From NCBI GenBank assembly GCA_963826785.1, contig CAWGYD010000003.1, positions 192,001 to 256,000 on the forward strand: a DNA stretch of 64,000 nucleotides, given 5' to 3'. Made by a program: the position numbers and the translations under genes. Below are positions 51,000-60,326 of this stretch, one piece after another. Origin of the DNA: an uncultured delta proteobacterium (GTDB lineage Bacteria > Desulfobacterota > Desulfobacteria > Desulfobacterales > Desulfosalsimonadaceae). A model generated the notes under the pieces. It was not told the origin of the DNA. It did not search any database and was given only the letters and a program-made list of their open reading frames with translations. The stretch's first letter is position 1; each line of letters opens with the position of its first letter.

Positions 51000-53294
51000 A
51001 TGAAAGATGCCATCGATTTTTCCGCCCAGATCGCACAGGAGCAGCAGATCCAGTCCCGGCAGGTTGCCGCAGTGGCCGCCCTGATCGATGAAGGGGCCAC
51101 CATCCCCTTCATCGCACGCTACCGCAAGGAGGCCACGGGCAGCCTGGACGAAGTGGTGGTCACCGCCATCCGGGACCGGCTGGCTCAGCTGGCCGAACTG
51201 GCCGCCCGCAAGGAAGCGGTTTTAAATTCTCTGGAGAAAAACGGGCACCTCACCGATGAATTAAAAGACAAGGTGCTTTCGGCACAAACCCTGGCCGCGG
51301 TGGAGGATATCTACCTCCCTTACAAGCCCAAGCGCCGGACCCGGGCCGTCATCGCCCGGGAAAAAGGTCTGGAGCCGCTGGCGTTGGCAATTTTTAAACA
51401 ATCCGGCATCCATCCGGAAACCGCAGCCGCCGCATTTGTCGATCCCGAAAAGGGTGTGGAAACGGCAGAAGATGCCCTGTCCGGCGCAAGAGACATTATC
51501 GCGGAAATGGTCAATGAAGACGAGACAGCCCGGGCGGCCCTGCGGCACCTGTTTCTCTTTCGGGCGAAAGCCGTCAGCCGGGTGGCCAGGGACATGGAGG
51601 AAAAAGGGGCCAAATACCGGGATTACTTCGATTGGAGCGAACCGATTTCAACGATCCCCTCCCATCGTCTCCTGGCCATGCGCCGGGGCGAGGCCGAGGG
51701 GTTTCTCTATTTCAGCATTCTGCCGGAGGAGGCGGAAGCCATCGATATCCTGGAGAAATTATTTGTAAAAACAGGCGCCGATGATGGAATACAGGTGGCA
51801 CAGGCAGTCAGGGATGCGTACAAAAGGCTGCTGTCCACCTCCATGGAAACCGAAGCCCGGATGCAGTCCAAACAGAAGGCCGACCTGGAGGCCATCGCCG
51901 TTTTCGCCCAAAACCTGCGCCAGCTCCTGCTCGCCCCGCCTTTGGGGCCCAGGCGGGTGATGGGGATCGATCCGGGTTTCCGGACCGGGTGCAAGCTGGT
52001 GTGCCTGGACCGGCAGGGAAAACTCCTGCACCATGACACCGTCTTTCCCCACATGTCTGAAAGCCGGACGGCCGCAGAAGCCGGCAAGGTCAAAAAACTC
52101 TGCGAACAGTTTGCCATAGAGGCCATTGCGGTGGGAAACGGCACCGCCGGCCGGGAGACCGAAGCCTTTGTCCGGGCCATTCCCCTTTCCCCGCCCCTTC
52201 CGGTGATCATGGTCAATGAAAGCGGTGCCTCCATTTACAGCGCCTCCGAGGCGGCCCGGGAGGAGTTTCCGGACCTTGATCTCACCGTGCGGGGCGCCGT
52301 GTCCATCGGCCGCCGGCTCATGGATCCTTTAGCCGAACTGGTCAAAATCGATCCCAAATCCATCGGGGTGGGCCAGTACCAGCACGACGTGGACCAGCGG
52401 GCGTTAAAGCAGGCTTTAGATGACGTGGTCACCAGCTGCGTCAATGCCGTCGGCGTCGACCTGAACCGCGCCAGCGCCCAGCTGCTGACCTATGTTTCAG
52501 GATTGAACAGCACCATTGCCAGAAACATCGTGGCCCATCGGGAGGCAGGCGGCCCCTTTGGCTCACGGACGGAGCTGAAAAAAGTCTCCCGCCTGGGTCC
52601 CAAAGCCTTTGAGCAGTGCGCCGGGTTTTTAAAGATTTCCGGAGGGAAAAACCCGCTGGATGCCAGCGCCGTGCACCCGGAAAGCTATCATATCGTCGAT
52701 GAGATGGCCAAAGACCTGGGTGCGGATGTGGCGGACCTGATGAGAAATTCAGCACTTCGGGACAAGATCGACATGAACGCCTATGTCACGGACACGGTGG
52801 GTCTTCCCACCCTGAAGGATATCATGGCCGAACTGGCCAAGCCGGGACGGGATCCGAGGGAACCCTTCGAGATCTTTTCCTTTGCCGAGGGGATTGAAAA
52901 AATGGAGGACCTGGTCCCGGGGATGAAGCTGCCCGGCATCGTGACCAACATCACGGCATTCGGCGCCTTCGTGGATATCGGCGTGCACCAGGACGGCCTG
53001 GTCCACATCAGCCAGATGGCAGACCGGTATATCAAGAACCCCGCCGATGTGGTCAAGGTCCAACAGAAGGTAATGGTCACCGTTTTGGAGGTGGACCTTC
53101 CCCGGAAACGGATTTCGCTTTCCATGAAAGCCGACGCCGCCGCATCTGCATCAGGGGCAGCCGGAGAAAAAGAAAAAAGAGCCCCGGCGCCTAAAGCAGC
53201 GGGCGCATCGGCCCCAAAAAAGCAGAAGGCGGGCAAAGACAGCAAACCGCAGGGCGCGCTGGCCGAAGCCCTGCGAAAGAGCGGGATCGAGTAA
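51000..53294 (+). CDS. tex: Tex transcription accessory protein (S1 domain)
   Basis: TIPFIARYRKE, DPGFRTGCK, SIGVGQYQHD and a C-terminal S1 domain (FGAFVDIG). Confidence 0.95.
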   Translation: MKDAIDFSAQIAQEQQIQSRQVAAVAALIDEGATIPFIARYRKEATGSLDEVVVTAIRDRLAQLAELAARKEAVLNSLEKNGHLTDELKDKVLSAQTLAAVEDIYLPYKPKRRTRAVIAREKGLEPLALAIFKQSGIHPETAAAAFVDPEKGVETAEDALSGARDIIAEMVNEDETARAALRHLFLFRAKAVSRVARDMEEKGAKYRDYFDWSEPISTIPSHRLLAMRRGEAEGFLYFSILPEEAEAIDILEKLFVKTGADDGIQVAQAVRDAYKRLLSTSMETEARMQSKQKADLEAIAVFAQNLRQLLLAPPLGPRRVMGIDPGFRTGCKLVCLDRQGKLLHHDTVFPHMSESRTAAEAGKVKKLCEQFAIEAIAVGNGTAGRETEAFVRAIPLSPPLPVIMVNESGASIYSASEAAREEFPDLDLTVRGAVSIGRRLMDPLAELVKIDPKSIGVGQYQHDVDQRALKQALDDVVTSCVNAVGVDLNRASAQLLTYVSGLNSTIARNIVAHREAGGPFGSRTELKKVSRLGPKAFEQCAGFLKISGGKNPLDASAVHPESYHIVDEMAKDLGADVADLMRNSALRDKIDMNAYVTDTVGLPTLKDIMAELAKPGRDPREPFEIFSFAEGIEKMEDLVPGMKLPGIVTNITAFGAFVDIGVHQDGLVHISQMADRYIKNPADVVKVQQKVMVTVLEVDLPRKRISLSMKADAAASASGAAGEKEKRAPAPKAAGASAPKKQKAGKDSKPQGALAEALRKSGIE

Positions 53295-53385
53295 ACTTAT
53301 TTTCCGGCAGCCATGGAACAGGTCAAAGGATGCGTTTGTCCCGGATATCCGGCCAGTCGGATTGGCTGGCGGCTTTTGAGCATCA

Positions 53386-54282
53386 TCAAAACCCCTTATC
53401 CTTTAAACCGCTCACGATATCCACATAAAAATCCGGTGCGTTAAAGCCCGGCGTCACACCGAACAGATGCCCGATGACGGCCAGGTGATCGCAGCCGGGG
53501 CTCCACCATGTTCCGGCTTCAGCGCCCTGAAACTCCCCCCACTTGGCGCTTTCCACACTCACGAGGCCGTCATTTTCGCCTTCCTGCGGCAACAGGAGCA
53601 GCCATGTGGGTTCGAGCACTTTGTTGGGACACGCATATCGCACTTTGGCCGCCCAGCTCTGGTAATAAATATCCGGCATGTCGGGCGTGCCGGGATTAAA
53701 CACATCCCGCATGTAGCCCCGGGTCACGTCATAGGCGTTTGCAAGGCTGTCCGGGTCGGTGTCGCCGAAAAAACAGGCAAATATGAAATTCAGCTTTTCC
53801 GAGACGGACTGCTGGATCGAAGAAGGTGTTTTTGAAACCAGGAGATCGGCAAGTGCCATCCCTTTATGCGGCCCGGCGATGCTGGTATAGCTTTGAACAA
53901 AGGGGGAAAGCCCCAGGTTGGTGATGGCATACCGCGTGTATAATGCGCCGTGGGAATGCCCGATAATGTTAAATTTGGATGCACCGGAAACGGCCTTGAT
54001 TTCCAGAAACCTGGCCTTAAACGCAACGGCCTTGTCGATGGTGCCATCCATTCCGTTGACTGTGGGGACATAAACTTCCGCACCGTTTTTTTCGAGCGCT
54101 TCCGGAATTCCCCACCAGTAGTCGACAAGCCCCAAAATTTTCTCCGCCCCGCCCGTGCCATGCGCAAGGATTATCGGATATTTCGTATCGCAGCTGCATG
54201 TCATCCCGGCAGCAAATGCCGCAGCACCGGTAAACATGAGAAAAAGAACCAAAATGGCCATAACGATTCTGAGACACTTCAT
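53386..54282 (-). CDS. Secreted triacylglycerol lipase (family I-like)
   Basis: Signal peptide, YPIILAHG, GHSHG nucleophile elbow, NDGLV and DH. Confidence 0.88.
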   Translation of the reverse strand: MKCLRIVMAILVLFLMFTGAAAFAAGMTCSCDTKYPIILAHGTGGAEKILGLVDYWWGIPEALEKNGAEVYVPTVNGMDGTIDKAVAFKARFLEIKAVSGASKFNIIGHSHGALYTRYAITNLGLSPFVQSYTSIAGPHKGMALADLLVSKTPSSIQQSVSEKLNFIFACFFGDTDPDSLANAYDVTRGYMRDVFNPGTPDMPDIYYQSWAAKVRYACPNKVLEPTWLLLLPQEGENDGLVSVESAKWGEFQGAEAGTWWSPGCDHLAVIGHLFGVTPGFNAPDFYVDIVSGLKDKGF

Positions 54283-54633
54283 GGTTTGACTCCGGTTGAC
54301 ACTGTTTGTATTTCAGGGGCGGTTTTAAGGGCGATACGACCGCCACCGCCTTTTGCACGGGACAGACTCATATGATGAGAAAACAAATCTTGCTTTCAAG
54401 CCAAAAAGTATGACAACAATCCACTGAATGTCAAACAATAAAAAGGACTTCTCTTTTGGGTCACTGGAGGCGGCACGGCAATGCGAAAATTTGAAAGACA
54501 ACCCCGTTGACCTGATTCCGCAATCTCCATCTTTTCGATTCCAAACGCCGCACGTCCATTTTGTGAATCTTTGCAAAGCCGCGTCATATCCGATTTCATC
54601 TTGATTCCGCCGCCCTTCTCCCCCAATTTTTCC

Positions 54634-54661
54634 TTGACATTATTTTCATGCCCCCTATACT
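54634..54661 (+). promoter_or_regulatory. sigma70 promoter of sahR-ahcY
   Basis: TTGACA-N16-TATACT. Confidence 0.65.
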
Positions 54662-54672
54662 TTTCAATCAAC

Positions 54673-54692
54673 TTATCAAGATATACTGATGA
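54673..54692. promoter_or_regulatory. SahR operator
   Basis: TTATCAAGATATACTGATGA resembles the ATCAAG-N4-CTTGAT palindrome of SahR regulons and lies just upstream of the ATG. Confidence 0.7.
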
Positions 54693-54698
54693 ATACAT

Positions 54699-55625
54699 AT
54701 GGAACATTTGATCTATTTCAAAGCACTGGCGGATGAAACCCGGCTGCGGCTGATGAACATCCTGCTGCATCATGAACTGAAAGTGGGCGAACTGGTGTCG
54801 GTCATGTCAATGGGCCAGTCCCGGATCTCCCGGCACTTGAAGATCCTGTCCGACGCGGGACTGGTGAAAAGCCTCAAGACCGGCGTGTGGGGGCTCTATT
54901 TCGTGGCGGACGACGGTCCCGCCCGGAAGTTCATGGATGCGGTGTCCTACCTGTTTGAAACCGATCCCGTATTTAAAAAGGATCTTCAACGGACGGCGGC
55001 GGCAATCGAAGAACGCCGGTCCCAGACGCTTAATTTCTTCAATGATGTCGCCTCCCGCTGGGACCTGCTGAAGCGTGAAATCATCGGCGGGTTTGACTTG
55101 AACCGGGCCATTTTCAAGAATGCCGGCGCCTGCGAAGTGGGGGTGGATCTGGGGTGCGGCACCGGGGACCTGCTGCCCGGCCTGAAACAGCACGCGGCCA
55201 AGGTCATCGGCGTGGACAGTTCCCCCCGCATGCTGGAAGAGGCCCGGAAACGGTTTTCCAGCGGCGAGAACATCGAAATCCGCCTGGGAGAAATCGAGCA
55301 CCTTCCCCTTCGGGATGCGGAAGCCGATTTCGCGGTGATCTCCCTGGTGCTCCAGTACCTTTCACGCCCGGAGAACGCCTTTACCGAAATCAGCCGGGTC
55401 CTGCGGCCGGGGGGCCGGTTCATCGTTGTCGATTTTGAATCCCACCAGGACCGGACCCTCAAGGACAAATACGGCGCCCGGCGGCTCGGGTTTGACCGTG
55501 TGGAAATCGAAAAATGGCTTTCCCAGAACGACTTTGCCGTAGACAGCGTCGAAGCCCACAAACTGGACAAGGGTTTGACTTTAAATATTTTTCAATCAAC
55601 CAAAACACCATCATCCCCATCATAG
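54699..55625 (+). CDS. sahR: ArsR-HTH plus methyltransferase-fold regulator of the SAM cycle
   Basis: [11 protein letters not shown]...SRHLKIL ArsR domain and DLGCGTG SAM-binding fold. Directly upstream of ahcY. Confidence 0.8.
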   Translation: MEHLIYFKALADETRLRLMNILLHHELKVGELVSVMSMGQSRISRHLKILSDAGLVKSLKTGVWGLYFVADDGPARKFMDAVSYLFETDPVFKKDLQRTAAAIEERRSQTLNFFNDVASRWDLLKREIIGGFDLNRAIFKNAGACEVGVDLGCGTGDLLPGLKQHAAKVIGVDSSPRMLEEARKRFSSGENIEIRLGEIEHLPLRDAEADFAVISLVLQYLSRPENAFTEISRVLRPGGRFIVVDFESHQDRTLKDKYGARRLGFDRVEIEKWLSQNDFAVDSVEAHKLDKGLTLNIFQSTKTPSSPS

Positions 55626-55644
55626 ACGAAAGGAAGTATTTGTT

Positions 55645-57090
55645 ATGCTGAATGGAAACGAAAAAAACAACGCCATTGTTCCGGAACTTGACCTCACCCT
55701 TCCCCACAAGGTCGCGGATATGTCCCAGGCCGCATTCGGATTCAAGGAAATGGAACTGTCTGAAAACGAAATGCCGGGACTGATGGCCATGCGCGAAAAA
55801 TACGGCCCGGACAAGCCCCTCAAAGGATTCAAGGTCACCGGCAGCCTGCACATGACCATCCAGACCGCCATGCTGATCGAGACCTTGAAGCAGCTGGGGG
55901 CAGACATCCGCTGGGCCTCATGCAACATCTTCTCCACCCAGGACCATGCGGCCGCGGCCATTGCCAAGTCGGGGTCTGCCGCGGTGTTTGCCTGGAAGGG
56001 CGAATCCCTGGAAGATTACTGGTGGTGTACGGAAATGGCCCTGACCTGGCCGGACGGCAGCGGGCCGGACCTGATCGTGGACGACGGCGGGGATGCCACC
56101 CTGTTCATCCATGAAGGGGTGAAGATCGAGGACAACCCCTCCCTGCTGGACAAGGAATATGAAATTCACGAGTACCAGTGCATCATCAACCGCCTCAAGG
56201 CGGCCTACGAGCGGGACCCGCAGCACTGGCACAAGGTGGCCGCAAAAATCCGGGGCGTTTCCGAGGAGACCACCACCGGCGTCAGCCGCCTGTATCAACT
56301 GGCCAAGAAAGGGGAGCTGTTGTTTCCGGCCATCAACGTCAACGATACCGTGACCAAGTCCAAGTTCGACAACATCTACGGCTGCCGGGAATCTCTGGCC
56401 GACGGGATCAAGCGGGCCACCGACACCATGATCGCGGGAAAAATCGTGGTGGTGTGCGGCTACGGTGATGTGGGCAAGGGATGCGCCCAGTCCATGCGGG
56501 GTTTCGGCGCCCGGGTCGTGGTCACCGAGATCGACCCCATCATCGCGCTCCAGGCGGCCATGGAAGGATACCAGGTCTCCACCATGGAGGACATGGCCCC
56601 CATGGGGGATGTATTCGTCACCGCCACCGGCTGCTGCGACGTGATCACCGGCGCGCACATGGAGCAGATGAAAAATGAGGCCATTATCTGCAACATCGGC
56701 CATTTCGACCACGAGATCCAGATGGAATACCTGGAAAAGAACTGTGAAAAGACGCGCATCAAACCCCAGACGGATCAGTGGCACCTCAAGTCCGGCCGGT
56801 CCATCATCGTGCTGGCCGAGGGCCGGCTGGTCAACCTGGGCTGCGCCACCGGCCATCCCAGCTTCGTGATGAGCAACTCCTTCACCAACCAGAGCCTGGC
56901 ACAGCTCAAACTGGCCGCCGAGGACCTGGAAAATAAAGTCTACACCCTGCCCAAGGAACTCGACGAGGAAGTGGCCCGGCTGCACCTGCCCAAGCTGGGG
57001 GTCAAGCTCACCACGCTGACGCCAAAACAGTCCGAATATATCGGCGTCCCGGTGGAGGGGCCGTTCAAGCCGGATCATTACCGATATTAA
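55645..57090 (+). CDS. ahcY: S-adenosylhomocysteine hydrolase
   Basis: [28 protein letters not shown] and GHPSFVMS motifs. Confidence 0.97.
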   Translation: MLNGNEKNNAIVPELDLTLPHKVADMSQAAFGFKEMELSENEMPGLMAMREKYGPDKPLKGFKVTGSLHMTIQTAMLIETLKQLGADIRWASCNIFSTQDHAAAAIAKSGSAAVFAWKGESLEDYWWCTEMALTWPDGSGPDLIVDDGGDATLFIHEGVKIEDNPSLLDKEYEIHEYQCIINRLKAAYERDPQHWHKVAAKIRGVSEETTTGVSRLYQLAKKGELLFPAINVNDTVTKSKFDNIYGCRESLADGIKRATDTMIAGKIVVVCGYGDVGKGCAQSMRGFGARVVVTEIDPIIALQAAMEGYQVSTMEDMAPMGDVFVTATGCCDVITGAHMEQMKNEAIICNIGHFDHEIQMEYLEKNCEKTRIKPQTDQWHLKSGRSIIVLAEGRLVNLGCATGHPSFVMSNSFTNQSLAQLKLAAEDLENKVYTLPKELDEEVARLHLPKLGVKLTTLTPKQSEYIGVPVEGPFKPDHYRY

Positions 57091-57143
57091 AATGTCCACC
57101 ATAAATGGCTAATTTGGACGGACATCCGGACTGCTTCACAAAG

Positions 57144-57168
57144 AAAAGCCCCTTAGCAGGGGCTTTTC
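57144..57168. terminator. Terminator after ahcY
   Basis: AAAAGCCCC-loop-GGGGCTTTT. Confidence 0.75.
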
Positions 57169-57384
57169 CATTACGCCTGGGAAGTGATGGGCGGCACAAT
57201 CCGGACCCTGAATTTTACAGAATTCGGTGGCTTTGAAATCGAAATCCGGGAAAAAAGCCGAATGGCCAAAAACTCCACAATGGCTATATTTTAACGAATC
57301 TGGTAAGCATAATGTTTGGAACTGGGACTGATCATTCGGAGAATAGCGATTAGACTAATCTCAAAATCACAAAGGATGAATGCA

Positions 57385-57698
57385 ATGGATCCAAACAACA
57401 TAAACATTGCCAGGGAGCTGCGATCGAACATATCCCGAAAGTATGTGATCCGCGATTTTAAGTTGTTCGGCTCGTCCGCGCGGGGGGATCAGCGGGGGGA
57501 TTCAGATATCGATATCCTCATCCAATTGCCGGAAGTCAATGCCGCCATTGAGCAGGATTTGTTCGACATGGCCTATGACATGGAGCTTGCCCATGACTGC
57601 CTGATCGACTTGATTGCGGTGAGCGATGACGACATGAAAAACCATGAGAAAAAATTCCGGTTTTCTTGAATATTATTTCGGAAGGCATCCCCATATGA
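57385..57698 (+). CDS. Minimal nucleotidyltransferase (MNT); probable single-A indel at ~57650
   Basis: LFGSSARGD...SDIDI. Adding one A to the A-run restores the typical ...PVFLNIISEGIPI end, with an ATGA overlap to the next gene. Confidence 0.8.
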
Positions 57699-58087
57699 AT
57701 CCGGATGAAATCAAGGCCGTGGTTGATTACCGCCTTCAACGGGCGGCGGAATCTCTTGATGCCGCAATAATAATGCGTGAAAACCGGATGTTTATATTTG
57801 CAATGAACCGGATTTATTATGCGATGTTCTATGCCGTCCAAGCGCTTCTCATGTCTGAGGGGGTTGTTTTTTCTAAGCATGGGCAGGTAAAGGGGTATTT
57901 TAACCGCGCATTTATCAAAACGCGCATTTTCCCATTGGAATTGGGAAGAATCTATAACCGTGCCTTCGAATATCGACAGAAGTTTGATTACATGGATTTT
58001 GCGCAGCCGGAGGAAGAAACGGTTTCACAATTTATCGGATACGCAAAAGAATTTTTATCGAAACTTTCCGATTATCTTGAAAGATAA
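57695..58087 (+). CDS. HEPN domain protein (MNT-HEPN pair)
   Basis: NRIYYAMF, KHG and R-x4-Y (RQKFDY) motifs. Coupled to the MNT gene. Confidence 0.82.
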   Translation: MNPDEIKAVVDYRLQRAAESLDAAIIMRENRMFIFAMNRIYYAMFYAVQALLMSEGVVFSKHGQVKGYFNRAFIKTRIFPLELGRIYNRAFEYRQKFDYMDFAQPEEETVSQFIGYAKEFLSKLSDYLER

Positions 58088-59125
58088 TGTCCGAAACTGC
58101 CTCACCTTCGGGTCGATGACTTTTTTCCACAGGGGCGGTACCAGCGCCAGCAGAATCATGCCCGCGTAGCCGGTGGGGAGCTGCGGGCTTTCGTCATGGT
58201 GCCGCAGCAGCTGGTATCGGCGGCCGGGCTGAAAATGATGGTCCGAATGCCGCTGGAGATTGAACAAAAACCGGTTGGTCAGCCAGTTGCTGGAATTCCA
58301 GGAATGCACCGGCCTGACCGGCCCATAGGTGCCGTTTGGCCTCAGTTCCCGCAGCAGGCCGTAATGTTCGATGTAATTGACCGCTTCCAGCAGGGTAAAT
58401 GCGACCACCCCCTGGGCGATGATAAACGCCACCGCCCCTGCGCCGAATACCAGCGCAGCGCCCAGCAGCAGGGCCACTTCTGCCGCCAGGGAAACGGCCA
58501 TACGGTTATAACGGCTCCACACCGGCCTGCCTTTCTTCCGGACCCGCCCGGTTTCAAAATCCCAGGCGCTGTTGAATCCCTCAAAGACGGTCCGGGGCCA
58601 GAACCGGTAAAAGGATTCCCCCAGCCGGGCCGTGGCCGGATCTTCCGGGGTGGCCACGTTCCGGTGATGCCCCACCACGTGCTCCAGACCCCAGTGGGTG
58701 TAAAAAACCGTCCAGAGCATGATCTTCGACAATGCCGGCTCAAACCGGCCGTTCACCCGGTGGGTGAGTTCATGGGCCACGTTGATGCCCATCACCCCGG
58801 ACGAAATCCCCATGGAAAGGGTAAACCCGCCCAGTTCCAGCAGGGAGAGTCCGCCGCGGCTCACCACCCAGGCGCCCCAGAAAACCACCAGCACCTGCAG
58901 CGGCGCGCACACCCAGGTCAGCACCCGGTATCGCAGGTCTTTTTCCAGCACCGGTTCTTCATCCGGGGAAGGATTTCGCACATCTGCTCCGATGATCGCA
59001 TCGAGCACCGGTACCACCCCGAAAACGAACAGCGGCGTAATGAAAGTAAAAAAACCACCCATCAGATAACCCGTCACCACACTGACGGGCACGAGATAGA
59101 CCACAGAAAAAGACAGGAAATTCAT
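58055..59125 (-). CDS. alkB: Alkane 1-monooxygenase (AlkB, membrane di-iron)
   Basis: All His boxes present: HELTH, EHVVGHH, NYIEHYG and LQRHSDHH. Also TPEDPATAR and PQLPTGY. Confidence 0.9.
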   Translation of the reverse strand: MNFLSFSVVYLVPVSVVTGYLMGGFFTFITPLFVFGVVPVLDAIIGADVRNPSPDEEPVLEKDLRYRVLTWVCAPLQVLVVFWGAWVVSRGGLSLLELGGFTLSMGISSGVMGINVAHELTHRVNGRFEPALSKIMLWTVFYTHWGLEHVVGHHRNVATPEDPATARLGESFYRFWPRTVFEGFNSAWDFETGRVRKKGRPVWSRYNRMAVSLAAEVALLLGAALVFGAGAVAFIIAQGVVAFTLLEAVNYIEHYGLLRELRPNGTYGPVRPVHSWNSSNWLTNRFLFNLQRHSDHHFQPGRRYQLLRHHDESPQLPTGYAGMILLALVPPLWKKVIDPKVRQFRTLSFKIIGKFR

Positions 59126-59454
59126 TTCATCTCCTCATACGGCAATCGTGCCGGGAAAATGCATATGCACCTGATTTGAAAAGTAAGATCCGGGGTCTAA
59201 AAAGGCAAGCCGCTTCAGGTCTGCCATCCCCCTGAAACCGCGGGAGCGGACATGCCGGCGCCATTAAATCCGAACCCATGCTCGTTTTCTAACCGATACT
59301 ACTTGATTATTCTTCATTTTTTAAATACATTAATCCTGATTTTTAAATCAAAATGAAAAAATTCATTTAGTTGAAGAAGCGGCAAAAACAGCTTCGGGGT
59401 CTGATTTTAACGCGTGCCCGTTTTCAGTGGGCACAACTGATGAATGGGTAAAAG

Positions 59455-60225
59455 ATGACTGAAAATACGTATCGTATTTTATGTTCCGGCAAAGTGGCCG
59501 CAGGAAAAGATGTCGAAGATGTCAAAAAGAAAATGGCCGCGCTCTTTAAAACCTCCGTAGACAAAATTGACCCGCTGTTTAAAAAGCCGGGGATCATCCT
59601 CAAGCGGGATCTGGATCTTGCGACCGCTAAAAAATACGCCCGGGCCATCGAAGCCACCGGCGCGCTCTGCCGGATCGACCCGCCGGAGCCGGAGATCAAA
59701 AGTTCCCCGACGGAAGTTGTCCGTGTGCCACGGGCAGCGGAAAGCCCTGCGGAACCCCAGGTGGTGGTCATTGCCCTTTCAGCCAAGCCGGACCCCAGGT
59801 TTTCCCCCCAGGTTTGCCAGAAGCTCACCGGTTCGGCAGACCACCTCAATTTCAACGAAATGGATGTTCCCGAAATTGCCATGGATCAACTGGTGGCAAT
59901 GGCGGTGTTTAGTGAAACCGAGAAAAACAAGGATATCACCAAGGTGATGATGTTCACCAAACTGAGCCGGCGGCCTTTCAACTGCGATATCAACAGCATC
60001 GCCTATTCGGATTTTCTCGATCCGGTGGGGGCCAGCACCATGGCTTCATTTCGCGGTTTCCTCTATTTTCTCTGCCGGAAAAACCCATCGGTGATCATCG
60101 AGGAAAGCACCCTTGATTTCCTTTCCGGAAGCACCCCCCAGAAACTGGATCAAAACAAGGTCCAGAAACTGGCCACCGGCATCGGAAACCTGCTCGAGTC
60201 CGGCGATATCGCCGCACAGACCTGA
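59455..60225 (+). CDS. Hypothetical protein
   Basis: 256-aa ORF with host-like codon usage, followed by a terminator. Confidence 0.65.
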   Translation: MTENTYRILCSGKVAAGKDVEDVKKKMAALFKTSVDKIDPLFKKPGIILKRDLDLATAKKYARAIEATGALCRIDPPEPEIKSSPTEVVRVPRAAESPAEPQVVVIALSAKPDPRFSPQVCQKLTGSADHLNFNEMDVPEIAMDQLVAMAVFSETEKNKDITKVMMFTKLSRRPFNCDINSIAYSDFLDPVGASTMASFRGFLYFLCRKNPSVIIEESTLDFLSGSTPQKLDQNKVQKLATGIGNLLESGDIAAQT

Positions 60226-60228
60226 AAC

Positions 60229-60266
60229 AAAAAGACGGATTTTCCGCATGCGGAAAATCCGTCTTT
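60229..60266. terminator. Bidirectional terminator
   Basis: AAAGACGGATTTTCCGC-AT-GCGGAAAATCCGTCTTT. Confidence 0.85.
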
Positions 60267-60326
60267 GATCTTTTTTCGTATCCTTTTTTACTTATCCTTT
60301 CTTTCGGGTCCCTTCTTACGCCCTCC

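Noticed and set aside
59140..59155. Possible sigma54 promoter upstream of alkB (GGCACGATTGC)
   Set aside because: GG-to-GC spacing is 7 nt instead of the required 10.
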